A stretch of 64,000 nucleotides of DNA. Origin: Ectothiorhodospiraceae bacterium (GTDB lineage: Bacteria > Pseudomonadota > Gammaproteobacteria > HK1). Position numbers and translations under genes: made by a program. The notes beneath the pieces were generated by a model. That model was not told the origin of the DNA. It was given only the letters and a program-made list of their open reading frames with translations, and did no database searches. This document shows, piece by piece, positions 62,718 to 64,000 of this stretch (positions within the stretch are counted from its first letter, which is position 1; each line of letters opens with the position of its first letter). The DNA lies in assembly GCA_024234875.1 (NCBI GenBank), contig JACKNM010000016.1, positions 1 to 64,000 on the forward strand. The letters run 5' to 3'.

Positions 62718-64000
62718 TCAGGCGGCGCGCTGCGATCGCCCGAGCATCCATGCCGGCAACAGCGCCAGCACGAAGACGGTGGTGATGATCATGAATCCGT
62801 CCTGGAACGCCATGGTGCGCGCCTGGGCGACGATCATCGAGCCGAGGTGATCGAGGGCCAGTGCCTGGCGGAGATCCGGGCCGAGCCCGGTGTCACCGAG
62901 GAGCTGGCCGACGCGGGCGATGAGCTCACGGGTCGCGGTGTTGCCGGCGCTCTGGGTGGCGGTGAGCGCGTCGCCGTGGAACTGGGTTCGCAGCTCGAGG
63001 CAGGCCACCAGCACGTTGATCCCCATCGCACCGCCGAGCTGACGACAGAAGTTGATGGTGCCCGAGCCGTGGTTGAGCTGCTCCGGGGGCAGCGCACGCA
63101 ACGCCGAGGCCACCAGCGGCGGGGTGATGAAGCCCATCCCGAAGCGCGAGATCACCGCGAACCAGGCCATGGTCCAGAACGTCGTGTTCACATCCGTGGT
63201 CGAGAGCAACGCGGCGCCGAGCGCGAACAACACCAGGCCGCCCATCACCGGTACCTGTGGCGCGGTCCGGTCCGACAGCCGGCCGATGATCGGGAACACG
63301 GTGAGCGCGGCGAGCGCGGCGGGAAGTAGCAGGAACCCGGCCACCGTCGGCGTGTAGCCCTGCACGAGCTGGCCGTAGACCGGCACCAGGTAGTTCATCG
63401 CGAAATTGCCGATGCCGAACACGAAGGTGACGAGCGCGGCGGCGGCGAAGCGCGGGTTCACGAACAGCGTGAGGTCCAGCAGCGCGGCGCTCGCACGCAG
63501 CTGCGAGCGCACGAAGCCGATGCTCGCTGCCGCACCGATCGCGAACTGCGCCACGATGCGGTCCGACGCCCAGCCCTCGCGCTGGCCGTTCGCGATCGCC
63601 GACATCAGGCAGAAGAGCCCGACGCAGAGCAGCCCGTAGCCGACCCAGTCGAATGCGCGCCGCGCGCCCTCGCGGCGTCCGGCGGGGATGAACACCACCC
63701 CGAGCGCGAAGGCGAGGGTCACCAGGGGGATCGGCACCATGAAGATGTAGCGCCAGCCGAGGAGGTCGACGGTGATTCCCCCGACCACCGGGCCGAGCCC
63801 GAGCGCGAGCACCAGGCCCATCGAGTAGATCCCCATCGCGAGCCCGCGCTCCTCCTTGGGGAAGACCTGGAAGATCACCACCATCACCAGCGGTTGCACC
63901 ACGCCGGCGGCGAAGCCCTGCATCACGCGGCCGAGAATGACCACGTCGATGTCGGGGCTGGTGGCGCAGATCACCGAGCCGAGGACGAACACCACCAGCA
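62718..64000 (-). CDS. MFS transporter (DHA2/EmrB-like); 5' end beyond window
   Basis: It has many TM helices and MFS motifs. The minus-strand ORF is still open at the window end. Confidence 0.65.
   Translation of the reverse strand, partial: LVVFVLGSVICATSPDIDVVILGRVMQGFAAGVVQPLVMVVIFQVFPKEERGLAMGIYSMGLVLALGLGPVVGGITVDLLGWRYIFMVPIPLVTLAFALGVVFIPAGRREGARRAFDWVGYGLLCVGLFCLMSAIANGQREGWASDRIVAQFAIGAAASIGFVRSQLRASAALLDLTLFVNPRFAAAALVTFVFGIGNFAMNYLVPVYGQLVQGYTPTVAGFLLLPAALAALTVFPIIGRLSDRTAPQVPVMGGLVLFALGAALLSTTDVNTTFWTMAWFAVISRFGMGFITPPLVASALRALPPEQLNHGSGTINFCRQLGGAMGINVLVACLELRTQFHGDALTATQSAGNTATRELIARVGQLLGDTGLGPDLRQALALDHLGSMIVAQARTMAFQDGFMIITTVFVLALLPAWMLGRSQRAA

Overview
This 64 kb window is very GC-rich (roughly 70% by eye) and reads as chromosomal DNA from a Gram-negative proteobacterium. 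Almost every real gene is matched by long spurious ORFs in the other frames, an artefact of the GC bias.

Most of the window is ordinary metabolism:
- 5' end: the 3' end of a D-aminoacylase-family amidohydrolase, an alpha/beta hydrolase, and the glycine-cleavage operon gcvT-gcvH-gcvP.
- glgC, convergent with a malonyl-CoA decarboxylase / enoyl-CoA hydratase pair on the minus strand.
- A plus-strand propionate-to-succinyl-CoA cluster: prpE-like ligase, single-chain methylmalonyl-CoA mutase, pccB, pccA, meaB, methylmalonyl-CoA epimerase.
- A MATE efflux pump, a proline-rich membrane-anchored protein divergent from a flotillin/SPFH gene, and a class III aminotransferase.
- An unusual monothiol glutaredoxin / degenerate A-type carrier / rhodanese fusion, and a SIMPL/DUF541 periplasmic protein.
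- 3' end: leuA, two class II aldolase genes, an apparently catalytically dead HtrA-like protein, glk, the otsB-GH15-otsA trehalose cluster, metY, and a partial MFS transporter.

The accessory part lies between about 28.9 and 50.1 kb:
- A Stf0-like sulfotransferase and a GT1 glycosyltransferase come first, followed by a short AT-richer intergenic region carrying a perfect 18-bp palindrome.
- Next is a two-partner-secretion operon: an ShlB/FhaC-type TpsB transporter and a giant 4352-aa TpsA exoprotein. TpsA has a classical N-terminal TPS domain, but the rest is Gly/Asp/Thr/Ala/Val-rich degenerate repeats rather than FHA-type repeats, and it contains a recent ~0.88-kb internal tandem duplication.
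- Four downstream genes are tightly or translationally coupled to tpsA: a secreted FecR-domain protein, a SapC-family protein, a PaaK/CapK-like adenylate-forming ligase, and a secreted hypothetical protein. I know of no described TPS system with such a module. It is the main candidate for a new exoprotein maturation or modification (or regulatory) system.

One smaller find is a MITE-like repeat array (two direct ~150-bp copies plus an inverted terminal fragment, with AT-rich cores) inserted at the 3' end of a class II aldolase gene.

I found no tRNA, rRNA or CRISPR.
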